Shown here piece after piece: positions 14,801 to 27,875 of a DNA stretch of 64,000 nt. Positions within the stretch are counted from its first letter, which is position 1; each line of letters begins with the position of its first letter. Source of the DNA: Trichinella spiralis (lineage: Eukaryota). Both the position numbers and the translations under genes were made by a program. A model generated the notes under the pieces. It saw only the letters and a list, made by a program, of their open reading frames with translations, did no database searches and was not told the DNA's origin. The stretch spans positions 8,606,140 through 8,670,139 of the forward strand of contig NW_003526941.1 of NCBI RefSeq assembly GCF_000181795.1, read 5' to 3'.

Positions 14801-16247
14801 AACCCAGGTCCATCCCCATAATTTCATTTGCAAATAGCTAGCTAGCTATCTAGCTAGTAGAGTTCGCGTTTAATAATATTGGAGAATATTTAAAATCACA
14901 TCCATTTCCCCTGAGGCATAGTTATCGGCTGAGACAAGTGAAATTTCATCTCTTCCTAATATTAATCATCTATTTGATAAAAGTAAAGATGAAACGCAGC
15001 AATTAATATTTGAAAAAAAAAATCTGTCGCGCATCTCTTCTCATTTCCTCGTCAGAAATTGCACAATGACAAAAAGAAAGATTAAGACCAACTAAGCAAA
15101 TATGCGACAAAAAAACCAAACAGCCGTGCCAAGTGTTGGAAAATAAATTAGCAAAAGAGAACAGCCGCTAGCATAGAAAAAAAATATAATAATAATAATA
15201 ATACACAAACAAATGTGCACTTCAGAAAGATTGCGGAACGTTGTTTTTCGATATGAACGTAAATTTTACATCCATTCTCGATGATTACAATTTCCTCAGA
15301 AAGACACACAATCGCCAGTCAATTCATTCAATATTAATTGAATCGAAAAGGCCACACATTCGCTAGATTTGCGCCACTCTTTGCTCATCGACTATATCAA
15401 ACTTATAAATAAATAAATCAAACCGGCTGAATTCAGTATGAGAAAGTAGTCTATTTACATAATTGCACTTTGCTTCAATCGATGCATCCTACTCAGGTAA
15501 CTGATTCTACGGCAAGTGAAGAAAGGTGATGTACAGAGAGAGAGAACAGTTGCATCGAAAGTTAACATCACTTCTTTATCATCCTCCCATTTGGGAAAGT
15601 GTATTTATATTATTATCCAATATAGGCCAATCAATTTCCGGTCTTCACAAACCGTTTAGCATCGTATCCCAATTAGCTGATGATTCACATAAATCACAAA
15701 TCAACCGATCATTTATCATCCTATACTAGCCTATCAGTATTGTCAAATGTGACGAGTGAAGGAAAAGATGGAAATAATACAAAAAGCGAATAATAAATAA
15801 ACCACAAATGAGAAGAACGAGAAAGAACCAATATGAAGAAATTTAAATAATAATAATAATAAATTCTCCGTACCTGTTTGGTGTAGATGAACATCTCCTT
15901 TTTGTTCAGGTGTACGCGTAGATCAGAGCTATATACGGGGATGCGCAGAGTCGATGTTTCTCGCCGGCAGGAAGGACTTTGTACCGCACGCAATGACGAC
16001 TGCGGAAAATTTCTGCAACCTGCTTCCACGACAGATGCTTCTCCTTCTGGACAGTGGACAGAGGCGAGACGAACTGGTGACGGTCTGCTTCTGCGCCTAC
16101 GACCGCTGCAACGTCTACCCTGACCAGACGGTCGTCGGCTCGGGCACAACACCATCGCCATGGTCATCCATCGGCGTTCCACTTTACGTGCCTTTGTTCT
16201 GGGCTCTGTACAATGTAATTTCTACATCCCACAACGGCAGCATGTAA
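11376..16247 (+). CDS. Ly-6/uPAR (three-finger) superfamily protein of the nematode ODR-2/HOT family, probably GPI-anchored; exons 11376-11739 and 15910-16247
   Basis: A phase-1 intron (G|GTAAGT at 11740 to TTGTTCAG| at 15909) joins ...EDEYIF-G-VRVDQSYIRGCAESMF... in frame. The spliced domain has 10 Cys: CFSC, PTNFTVLC, SCPGPCVT, YIRGC, NFC, VTVCFC, DRCN. It ends in a Ser/Gly/Thr spacer and a hydrophobic tail (IGVPLYVPLFWALYNVI). The start Met is uncertain (11376, 11400 or 11433). Confidence 0.88.
14760..14796. repeat. (CA)n microsatellite in the Ly-6 gene intron
   Basis: Uninterrupted CA run. Confidence 0.95.
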
Positions 16248-16674
16248 ATAGATCGAATGAATTTCCTCTTTCTTTTCAAATATACACACAACAAATCACG
16301 ATCACAAACAAATAATCGACGCTGAATATATACAGCAGCAATTTTCAAATTGAACAACAAAACAAAACAAAACAATAATAAATACAACCATCTAAAACGT
16401 TTATTTCACACTCTTGCTTTATCATGTCGAAATTTGTATAATAACAATTGGAATATTTTTTTTCTTTAAAAATCTTTGCTAAAAAACGATTTCACTGCAC
16501 CAGGCTCGCAAAAGACGACAGTCCAAATCACCGTCGTGAAGTAGAAAAAAAATCAAATACCGCGTTATGTGATAATAAGAAAAACACGCTAAGCTAAAAA
16601 AACATAAAGCTGAGCTACGAAGCAAGCTACAATAGAACAACAATAAAAAAGAAAAGAACCGCGCGTGCGAAGTT

Positions 16675-19600
16675 TCACGCCCAAGTCATTTTCTGCTGAA
16701 TCACAGGTTTCGAATTTATCGCTTCTTCCAAACGCACAAAGTCGGCTGTCAACTCACTACCTCCTCCTTCTTCCATCATTTTATTCCTAAAAAAATAAAT
16801 GAACAAAACAAAAATAAAAAAATTATTGAATATTAATTTTTGAAAAACCAACTATTCGCAATCTGTGTGGTGTATGAACGCAAATAATAAATACCTGTAA
16901 GCGCAGTACAATTCTTTTCCACGAGTTGCAGCATGATGAGCGTGATAAACTGGTGCCGGTATGCTGACCGATTTGTTGCATCTTTGGTAAGTCTGACACA
17001 ACAAATATGTGATACCTTGCATGGCGTTGGCATTGAATTCATTTTCATCGTAAAGAACAGTATACAAAGTTGGTCTGCTGGTGCCCTGAGATTAAAAAGT
17101 AAAATTTTTAACAAAAAAAATTGTATGCAAATGTTTCTGCGATGAATGACAATTTTTCTACCAACCTGAATGCCCAAATGGCTGCACAAGTAGAAATCAA
17201 ACAAGCGACAGCTAACCGGACCAGTGTCGACCACAGTACCGGCAGGAATATTCTGATACATGTTTTTGTCACTCGGATTCATATCTGTTCTGAAAAATCT
17301 CGTATGATGACGCTTTTGTACAATGACAATGGTCAGTTTCGGTGAATAGCCCCTTCTGAATCTGCCAAACGCTTCCTGCAAAGATGCTTTTTCCGATTCC
17401 AAAACCTGCAACAACAACAACAAGATCAAATCAAATAAATCCAACAAAAGTATTTGCTTTCATACCATTTCAAACTGCGATTCAGATACACCATCTCGAT
17501 AAACAACGACACTTTTCGGCAAGGTATTCTTATTATTATTCTGATATTCCTTCAAAAATTCCATCACCACACCAACTATTTTTTCACGTTCGATTTCTTC
17601 CTTCCTCGAATCTTGCAGACGGTACCGGATTCTGTAGTCGAATTGCGTTCGACCGCAATTACACACGGCCTAAATTTGCGAAACTTATAAAACAAAACGA
17701 CAACTAACATTTTATAAAAACTTCCATCACACACTTATAAACACACTAACAAACATACCGTACGCATTATCAACGCTACTCTAATAAACATTAGCAATAA
17801 TCAATATCACTGATTTTTGATTATCAATCACGTTGTATCTTGCATTTCTGTCATACTGTGCTATTGCTACCTGTACAAATTAATAATGCACTTACCCCAA
17901 CAACACTGGGTTCCAATGGTACTTCACCGCTTTCCTTTTCTCTGCGACTCAACGCTGGAGGATGATTCACATCAAATCCCATAAATAGCAGATCTCCACG
18001 AAACCACATATTCGCGCTGCAAAATAAAAAAAAATTACATCACAACAATTCGTTAGTTGTTCTTAAATTTGACACTTTCTTTTCCCACTTATTTGATGAA
18101 TAATGATAATATGCCATTTCTCTGATACAAAAAATAAGCTCACTCACAAAACAAAGAACAACCAAAAATAATTCAGATGCCAAAAAAAAACAGCTAACCT
18201 CAAATGTCTGTGCCTAATTGAACAGAAAAAAATTTCATTTATTACAATAAATCAAATTAAACGGTACATTTCACAGCACAATCACTAACAAGACTAAAGA
18301 TGTTGGGTGAAACCAACACTTTGCATTTCTCTTTTATTCATTTTTTTACGAGATACTTTTTTTAACTGCCAAAAATGTATTACATTCTCAATTTAAATAA
18401 AAAATCCACAATTCTGAATAATGAAAAATGTGCACTTACATTGGATGTGCCATGGAAATTTCATTGTTCACGCCACCATTTTTGGCGTTCACTTTGAGCA
18501 TTATTTGCATGTACAACGTTTCAGATTTCCTGCCTAGAAAACCTTTCATGACGGTATTCCGCAACAATATCTGCGTCACTACGCCGTTCACAACTTCTCC
18601 ATAATATTTTATACTCCCTAAAAATTAAAAAATAAAATAAAACGTAAAAAAAACAGATAAATTAGAAAATTCATCTGATTTCGATCAGAATACAGATGTT
18701 GCAAAAGAAAAAAGCTTCACATATCGCATTACATTACATTAAATGTATTTCAGAAATAAAAGGTTTACACAAACCGTTGGTCTACTACGTATTCTTTGTT
18801 GCTCATCTGTTTAAAAAAAGTTACGGATTAAATAAAAATGGTTCAAATGCGCAATTTAACAACGACAAAAAACAGCAATGACAATAATTTCACTTATCTT
18901 TTTTTCATTCATTTACAATTTTATTTATTAACTTAAATTAATTAATTAAATATTTCTTCAGAAACTAGATCAAATATTAATTTTAAAAAATATAAATAAA
19001 CGTTAAAAACATTCGCTTCTCACTTCGCAATACTTCACTTTTTTCAGGAATCACACATATGGCGTAAGTTGCATCCCTCTGACGAATTAAAAAGTCGAAA
19101 TAGGTTTTCATCCTTTCTAAAGCTTCCCGTGGGTGGAAACAATCATAGCTTACAGGACGTGGATTCATATTAATACCCATACTAGCAGCTTTTTGCACTA
19201 GGAGATGAACAAATTGTCTACAAGGAAATAATCATTAAAATACAATTGGAAAAAGAAATTTAAACTTATACAAATTATATATATAAGAAATAATTTACGA
19301 TTTACACTAATTGAGGTTGCTGTATAGTAGGGCACATATTGCACAAAGCCCAATGCGAAATCTCTGCGGCGACAAAAACTTTATTCTGCTTCATATCCCA
19401 CTGACCATTTCTAACTTGCACTCTACCAGAATTCTACAATGGTAAGTGTAAATTATAATAAACAAAAAATTCCCTTTATCGGCTCATTTACCTTTGCGTC
19501 AGACTGATACTGCACAGATGGTTCCGGCAAAACTCTGCCTTTTATACAAACCATATCCGAACTTTTAGTCAAACCCATAGCTGCAGCAAATAAATCGTGA

Positions 19601-22600
19601 CAATCACCACCAACTGCATTACTCTACAAGCAGAAAATATAACAATTAAAAATATAAATAACTTTTCTACACAATCAGCAATAAAAGCAAATCACAATTT
19701 TCTCCTATTATATTGCATGCATCCATACGTTACATGTATTTTTTATTTGTGCAAATGTTATTTATTACTTTTTTATTTGTTTCAAACTTATCAGGCAAAA
19801 TTCCACTAATGATATTTGCAATAAAAGACAAAAATTAACTATATACCTTAGCTAGAATTTCACGATAACGTTGAACAGGTGGTACGGCGCAGGTTTGGAC
19901 GATCATTCTGTGATTTTCATCATCGAGCTTCATCATTGGAACCCGCTGATTCGGTTCAACATTACACAATTCTGGTGGAATAAATGTATGACCTTTTTTC
20001 ACCATCTGCAAATTTGGATATCTAAATGTAAAAAAAAATATTTAACAATTCAATACTGCTTCGAGAACATTAACAATATTAAAACAAACATTTCATCAAA
20101 TCAATAATTCAAGGTAATAACATACCTCAAGATAATATTGTACTTATTTCTAAAATAGTCGAACACCGTTGTATTAACACCATTGTCATCGGTAAAACTT
20201 AAAATAAAAAAAAACAGAAAATGTAAAAATACACAAAATCTGAAAAGGTGTCAACTGGTGATGTGCATTTAATGTTAATGCTAAAAATTTTACACATGCG
20301 TCCGGGGAATTTTGTCGGAAAAGCCCTGGATCTTGAATGAACGATTCAAATGCGTTGTGCGTACTCGGATACCTAAATTCAAACCAAAAATAAACTTTGC
20401 ACATGCTCGTGTTAGTGTGCGTGTTTTCTTTTACCAGAATACTTTTTATTCAACTGCGCAATTTGTTGTTCATGCAGAGGCTTGTTTGGGATATGGCTCA
20501 ATCGTAATTCTTCTTGCAAAGATTGCAAAAGAGGCTGACTAGTATAAAAAGCCGCTTTCACAGCTAAACACAAAAAAATTTCAAAAAAAACAAAAAACAA
20601 AAAACATTTTAACTTCACATTCAATATTAAATGCTAAATAGCACTTCCCACACGCAGCTCCCAACATTGGCCGCAATGATTTAAAAAGCCCGTCGTAAAG
20701 TTCAACGCCGCCTCCAATGCTCAGTTTATTAGCAACGGGTTTGAAAAATTTATTTCCAAATGACATGACTTCCCTAAAATTAGATAAAATAGAACCAACT
20801 AAACGCAAGTATGGCCACAAATTATATTTTTACATAATTCTTTTGCTAATGAGATTTTAGCAATAACATAAAACATTTGAACTTTAATTAAAAACTTTTA
20901 CATTAAATTACAATCACATTTCATTCTACACTATGTTACTCAAAAATTGAAAACTCATACACGTCAATACAGACTTACGTATCAAATAATTTCATGCTGG
21001 TAGCGATGTCTAATGCTTGCAAAGCGCTGCGTTCCGAATCACTGCCAATATGAACCAAAGCATAAATCACGTCTTGTATGTGAATAAGTAACGGATTACA
21101 AGGCTTGATTGTAATTTTCGCTTTGCCCTGTGGTGTCGTAATAGTGTACTCTACCTATAATTTCAACAGTTGTAATTTTCGAAAAAAAATACAATTCCAA
21201 ATTACGCTCTCGGAAATTTGTAAATTGTTTAAAGAAAACAAATTCGTCCTCTGATCGTAAAACATGTAGTTAAAATTCCAAATTTTCTTAATTTCATCTT
21301 TTTCAAACAGCGTCTTGTAAATTTTCATACAGAACCGACGACAATCGATAGGTGCAAACCTAAAATATTTTCAAATTTCCCTACAAGTATTTAATAATTA
21401 AAGAAAAAAAAACAATACATTGATGTAGCTGATGTAATATTCACATCTACAGTACCCTTGCGACGGTTCACAGTCAACAAAATTTCAACGCTGTAATGAT
21501 GAAAAGTCAAGTCTTTGGGAATTTTAATAGAAAAATAATTTGTATGCAAATCTATCGCCGTTCCCATGCTTCCAAATGAATTTCTTTGTGCATAGTTGAT
21601 GACGCAACGCCCTGACAACTTGCTCAAATCAAACTCTTCAACGCCGGCTTCATACTAACAATGGAGCAGCTTAAATGAATCATCATAACGTTCCACTGAT
21701 TTTTTCTTACCATTTTCTCTTTTAACGACATTTGTCCAAAACTCGCCTCCGTCTAAAAATAATCATTTTCCTTTCAAATAACAATCGATCAATATAAAAT
21801 GAAATTATTTATTGAAAATGAAAATTAGTTCGCTAAAAACAAAATTTTTTATTCCTTTCTTTACAGTCAGCTAATTTCAATAAAATCAAAAAACCACAAT
21901 TTAATTCATTTCAGAACTATAAGCAAATAAAAACGAGTTCCCTTCCTTTATGCTTTAATTTTCGGCAATATTAACAAACTGATTCGTGTTTATTTCTTAG
22001 TCATTTTATATAACTTCAAAAATACTAAATAAAATACTCAAAAAATACTTAAAAATTATCAATATAACCTGCTGCATTCCTTGTGCTGGAGCATACTGTC
22101 TGGGAGACTGATGTTGCATTCTCCTTTGCTCACCAGTTGCTGGCGCATCACTCCTCGGCTCACCAGTTCTTGGGGCACCACCCCTTTGCTCACCAGTTCT
22201 TCGCGCACCACTCCTTTGCTCACCAGTTCTTGGGGCACCACTCCTTGCTCACCAGTNNNNNNNNNNNNNNNNNNNNNNNNNNNNNNNNNNNNNNNNNNNN
22301 NNNNNNNNNNNNNNNNNNNNNNNNNNNNNNNNNNNNNNNNNNNNNNNNNNNNNNNNNNNNNNNNNNNNNNNNNNNNNNNNNNNNNNNNNNNNNNNNNNNN
22401 NNNNNNNNNNNNNNNNNNNNNNNNNNNNNNNNNNNNNNNNNNNNNNNNNNNNNNNNNNNNNNNNNNNNNNNNNNNNNNNNNNNNNNNNNNNNNNNNNNNN
22501 NNNNNNNNNNNNNNNNNNNNNNNNNNNNNNNNNNNNNNNNNNNNNNNNNNNNNNNNNNNNNNNNNNNNNNNNNNNNNGGCTCACCAGTTCTTGGGGCACC

Positions 22601-22744
22601 ACTCCTTTGCTCACCAGTTCCTGGCGCACCACTCGTTGGCTCACCAGTTCTTGGCGCACCACTCGTTGGCTCACCAGTTCTTGGCGCACCACTCGTTGGC
22701 TCACCACTTTTTGACACACTACGTCCTTTTCGGCCACGTCCCAT
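16675..22744 (-). CDS. Argonaute protein (N-L1-PAZ-L2-MID-PIWI), multi-exon, with an intact DEDH tetrad and a repetitive N-terminal extension
   Basis: Start MGRGRKGR at 22744. Exons include 22744-22069, 21752-21711, 21654-21419 (GSMGTAIDLHTNYF), 21359-21206, and 21154 onward (ALQALDI). L1 reads GGGVELYDGLFKSLRP and MID reads IKYYGEVVNGVVTQ...LKVNAKNGGVN. PIWI reads GFDVNHPP, QDSRKEEI, YRDGVSESQF, QKRHHTRFF, GTVVDT, FDFYLCSHLGIQGTSRP, SVSIPAPVYHAH. The last exon (16786-16675) ends QQKMTWA-TGA. Confidence 0.95.
22120..22710 (-). repeat. Coding 30-bp tandem repeat (10-aa unit TGE[PQ][TR]SGAPR) in Argonaute exon 1, interrupted by an assembly gap
   Basis: The plus-strand unit is approximately GCTCACCAGTTCTTGGCGCACCACTCGTTG. 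About four units are visible on each side of the N run. Confidence 0.93.
22257..22577. other. Assembly gap (321 N) inside the tandem repeat
   Basis: Run of N flanked on both sides by the same repeat unit. Confidence 0.99.
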
Positions 22745-24020
22745 TGCTCCGCAAATTTCAAATTTCAAATGACTTGCTCTTCAACGACTACGCAGCGCAA
22801 CAACACACGTACACTACAAAGTAACATACAGTACTACGACAATAAAGTTTCACGGCATTATTAGGTCACGAGGTTAATATTTAAATAATCATAGTCTGAA
22901 TAATAAATTCAAATATATTTAAGTGTAAATAAATCTGATGAGGCGTGAGGTTAAGTGAAACATTTTTTCAATTTTAAAATGAACCATGCTGATGACAGCT
23001 GCAACGCCCCACTAGTCGCGGTTGGTGGGTCTGATCGCGTTTCAGGAGTAATACGGCGGCCATCGCGGTTTGGGTTGACTTTTTGACACGCTCGCGCTTA
23101 TTTGACGACACCCAAACAAAAGAATCAACAACCACTCAATACAGTAAAATGTTTTACTACAACGAGCTAACAACAATCACCGAAATGAAAACGCAACCAA
23201 CACAAAATACACCAACAACGCTACACTCAAACCAGTTCTCCAAGTAGGACGTCGTACTACCGTAACCCTTGTTAATATTCAAGTGCGAGCTGCCTTCTAC
23301 TATGCAATTTGCACAAACTGGGTACAGGGAGTAGATGCTCATACCGATGGTTTCATCTCTTCTTCGCCCAGGCTGGAACAAAGCGAGCATTACTACCTTC
23401 CCCAAACCGCTACCCAGGAACACGGATAAATGCTAACTACCCTGAGAACACAAGGATCGAATAAGCAACCTAATTCATCAATTACACCTTTTGATCAAAT
23501 CTGCATAGAACTACTGACGTCATTTTTCTGCTAGTACTTCTGTCTCTCTTTCCTTTCCCTGCCGGTGCTAATCTGCACTTATCGTGCTTCAAGCACTGAC
23601 ATGCTTTTTCTGAAATAGAACATCATTCAATTATAATTATCATGCAACAACGCCTGATGCACTGATGAAAGATTCGCAAAATTTCCCCTCATTCCTTGAT
23701 TTTCTACCATAAGTAACTAACGTCATCAATACAGTAACCCTAATTCAAGTACGAATTCTTCTACCGCTTTCTACTAACTTACTATCAAATTCAGTGTACT
23801 ACTAATGAATTTTTTTTAATATGTGTAATTTTTAAAAAGTAAAATACGACTAAAATCAAAGAAGCCTGACAAAAGCAATCGCCTACTGTAATCTGTTATA
23901 CAGTAATAATTTTAGAGTAGTCTTTTTATTTGGGAAGTGGTAGGTTGCTTCTGATAATTTTGTTTCGTGACCGATTTTTTTCATTTTTGTAGTTTCTGAT
24001 TTCAGTTCTGACGCTGAAAT
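22745..24020. promoter_or_regulatory. Divergent intergenic/promoter region shared by Argonaute (-) and IF1 (+)
   Basis: The two start codons are head-to-head about 1.28 kb apart, with a CpG-rich patch at about 22995-23115. A TTTCAG ending at 24005, just before the IF1 ATG, resembles a nematode trans-splice acceptor. Confidence 0.55.
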
Positions 24021-24706
24021 ATGGCTCAGCGCATAGCCACATCTGTGGGTGTTCTTAGCTTGCGCCATCAACCCGTTAATCGATCGTTGATGTCCATCAA
24101 AAAGTAATCATTTCCTATCGTTTCATGAAGTTAAGCTTTTCATAGCCAAGCATGCCCTTGAAATACTTGCAATTATTTGCTTATTCCGCTTTTTACACTG
24201 TAAATGCTGCAGTGGCGGTGTCATGAACAGTCTGCTGATAATATGCATTCAAAGTGTCTTAACAGATAAAAGAAATATTGTTATAGTTTCGGTGGAGATT
24301 CACAATTGGGTCAAGCTGGTAGTGGAGAAGGAAAGGTAAATGAATTGCCATTTGGATCTGTATTTGTGTAAAACAATTTTATTACCAGGGTGGTGGCGGT
24401 GGAGGTACGGTTCGTAAAGCTGGTGGAGCCTTTGGTCGCCTGGAAGCTGCTCGAGAAGAAGAGTACTTTTATAAAATGGTCAGCACCAGTCTATTTGCAC
24501 ATGCAAGCTCATTTGTTTTGAAAAATGAATGTTGAAAATGTGTTTAGCAAAAGAAGCAACTTGAAGAACTGCGAAAAACATTGGACGAAGAAGTTGCTCA
24601 TCATGAAAAGCACATTGCTATTCATCGGGAAGCTATAGAACGACACCGAAGAAAGATTGCTGAAATAAAACACGAAGAAGCACAGTTTCCTGATGAAAAA
24701 AAGTGA
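24021..24706 (+). CDS. mai-2: Mitochondrial F1Fo-ATPase inhibitor IF1 (mai-2/ATP5IF1-like); exons 24021-24103, 24287-24335, 24389-24478, 24548-24706
   Basis: Absent from the ORF track; assembled by hand with GT-AG introns in consistent phase. The product is MAQRIATSVGVLSLRHQPVNRSLMSIKN-FGGDSQLGQAGSGEGK-GGGGGGTVRKAGGAFGRLEAAREEEYFYKM-QKKQLEELRKTLDEEVAHHEKHIAIHREAIERHRRKIAEIKHEEAQFPDEKK*. It shows the IF1 signature (RxAGGAFGxxExAxEExYF), a His-rich coiled coil and an acid-free presequence. AATAAA is at 24787. Confidence 0.93.
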
Positions 24707-25562
24707 TAAATTTATATTAAAAGATCCATCTATATGTACACTGGAAAGTAAATTTTAACACAGGCATAGTGTATTTAATATTTATCAATAAATGAACAAT
24801 GAATGTGGTTATAGAAGTCTTAATGGTTATTTTCAGCGCAACTAACGTAATTGAAATTGTTAAATTGCATAAGTGAAAGTTATTAAATTTGTAAAAACTG
24901 CTTATTTGTAAAATATTTGTAAAAATTAGTAAGTAAAATTTACAACTGGAGTAAGTTGCAAAAACACATCGAAACAAAAAACATGCAAGTAACAATTGCC
25001 CAAATACATGTTTGAAACGCTCATAAATACGCTACATATTAATTTATATGTTTTTTGTAATAAATAACAAATCACTGAATGTCTTTTTAATGTAATTACT
25101 TTGTAAAAATATCACAAAATTATAATTGTACTAGATTTTCTTTTAACACTCTACAGTAATCACACATTTCGACGCGCATGAATTTTGAACTCTTTTCTCA
25201 AAGACTTGTCAAGGACAAGGTCAGTGCCAAAACTCGAATAAATTTTAATTTATACATCGTTTTTTAAATTCATTTTCCAGCTTTAAATTCACTTCAGTAA
25301 GAAGCTTAATTCACAAATCAATAAAGCGACGATATTAAGAAAAACTTCGCGACTGTTGTTTCAAAGTAGCAAAATAGGCAAAAACCATCCGATTTCGAGT
25401 AAAACTAAGCACAACACGAAGCAGAAAGTTATTTTAAACCATATATCAGTGTAGAATTTTTCTTTCTTTTCCTAACTTATATTAACAAAAAATTGACAGC
25501 ATTGTTTTTACTTGTCTTCACAGATTTTCAAATAGAAACGTGCAGAAGATCATTTGTTTAAC

Positions 25563-27875
<2,313 letters not shown>

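Noticed and set aside
22120..22710. 30-bp repeat as a CRISPR array or as plus-strand His-rich ORFs (AHQFLAHHSL)
   Set aside because: The units are contiguous with no unique spacers and the context is eukaryotic. The minus-strand GEPTSGAPRT frame has an ATG and a donor that joins the Argonaute in frame.
22935..22961. CTGATGA...GAAAC hammerhead-like core
   Set aside because: The intervening sequence cannot form stem II in the required register, and no stems I and III were found.
22990..23120. Box C/D-like motifs (TGATGA...CTGA) and an 8-bp stem GTTTGGGT/ACCCAAAC in the Argonaute-IF1 intergenic region
   Set aside because: The C-to-D span is only about 45 nt with no terminal stem or recognisable guide. 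Promoter sequence is the simpler explanation.
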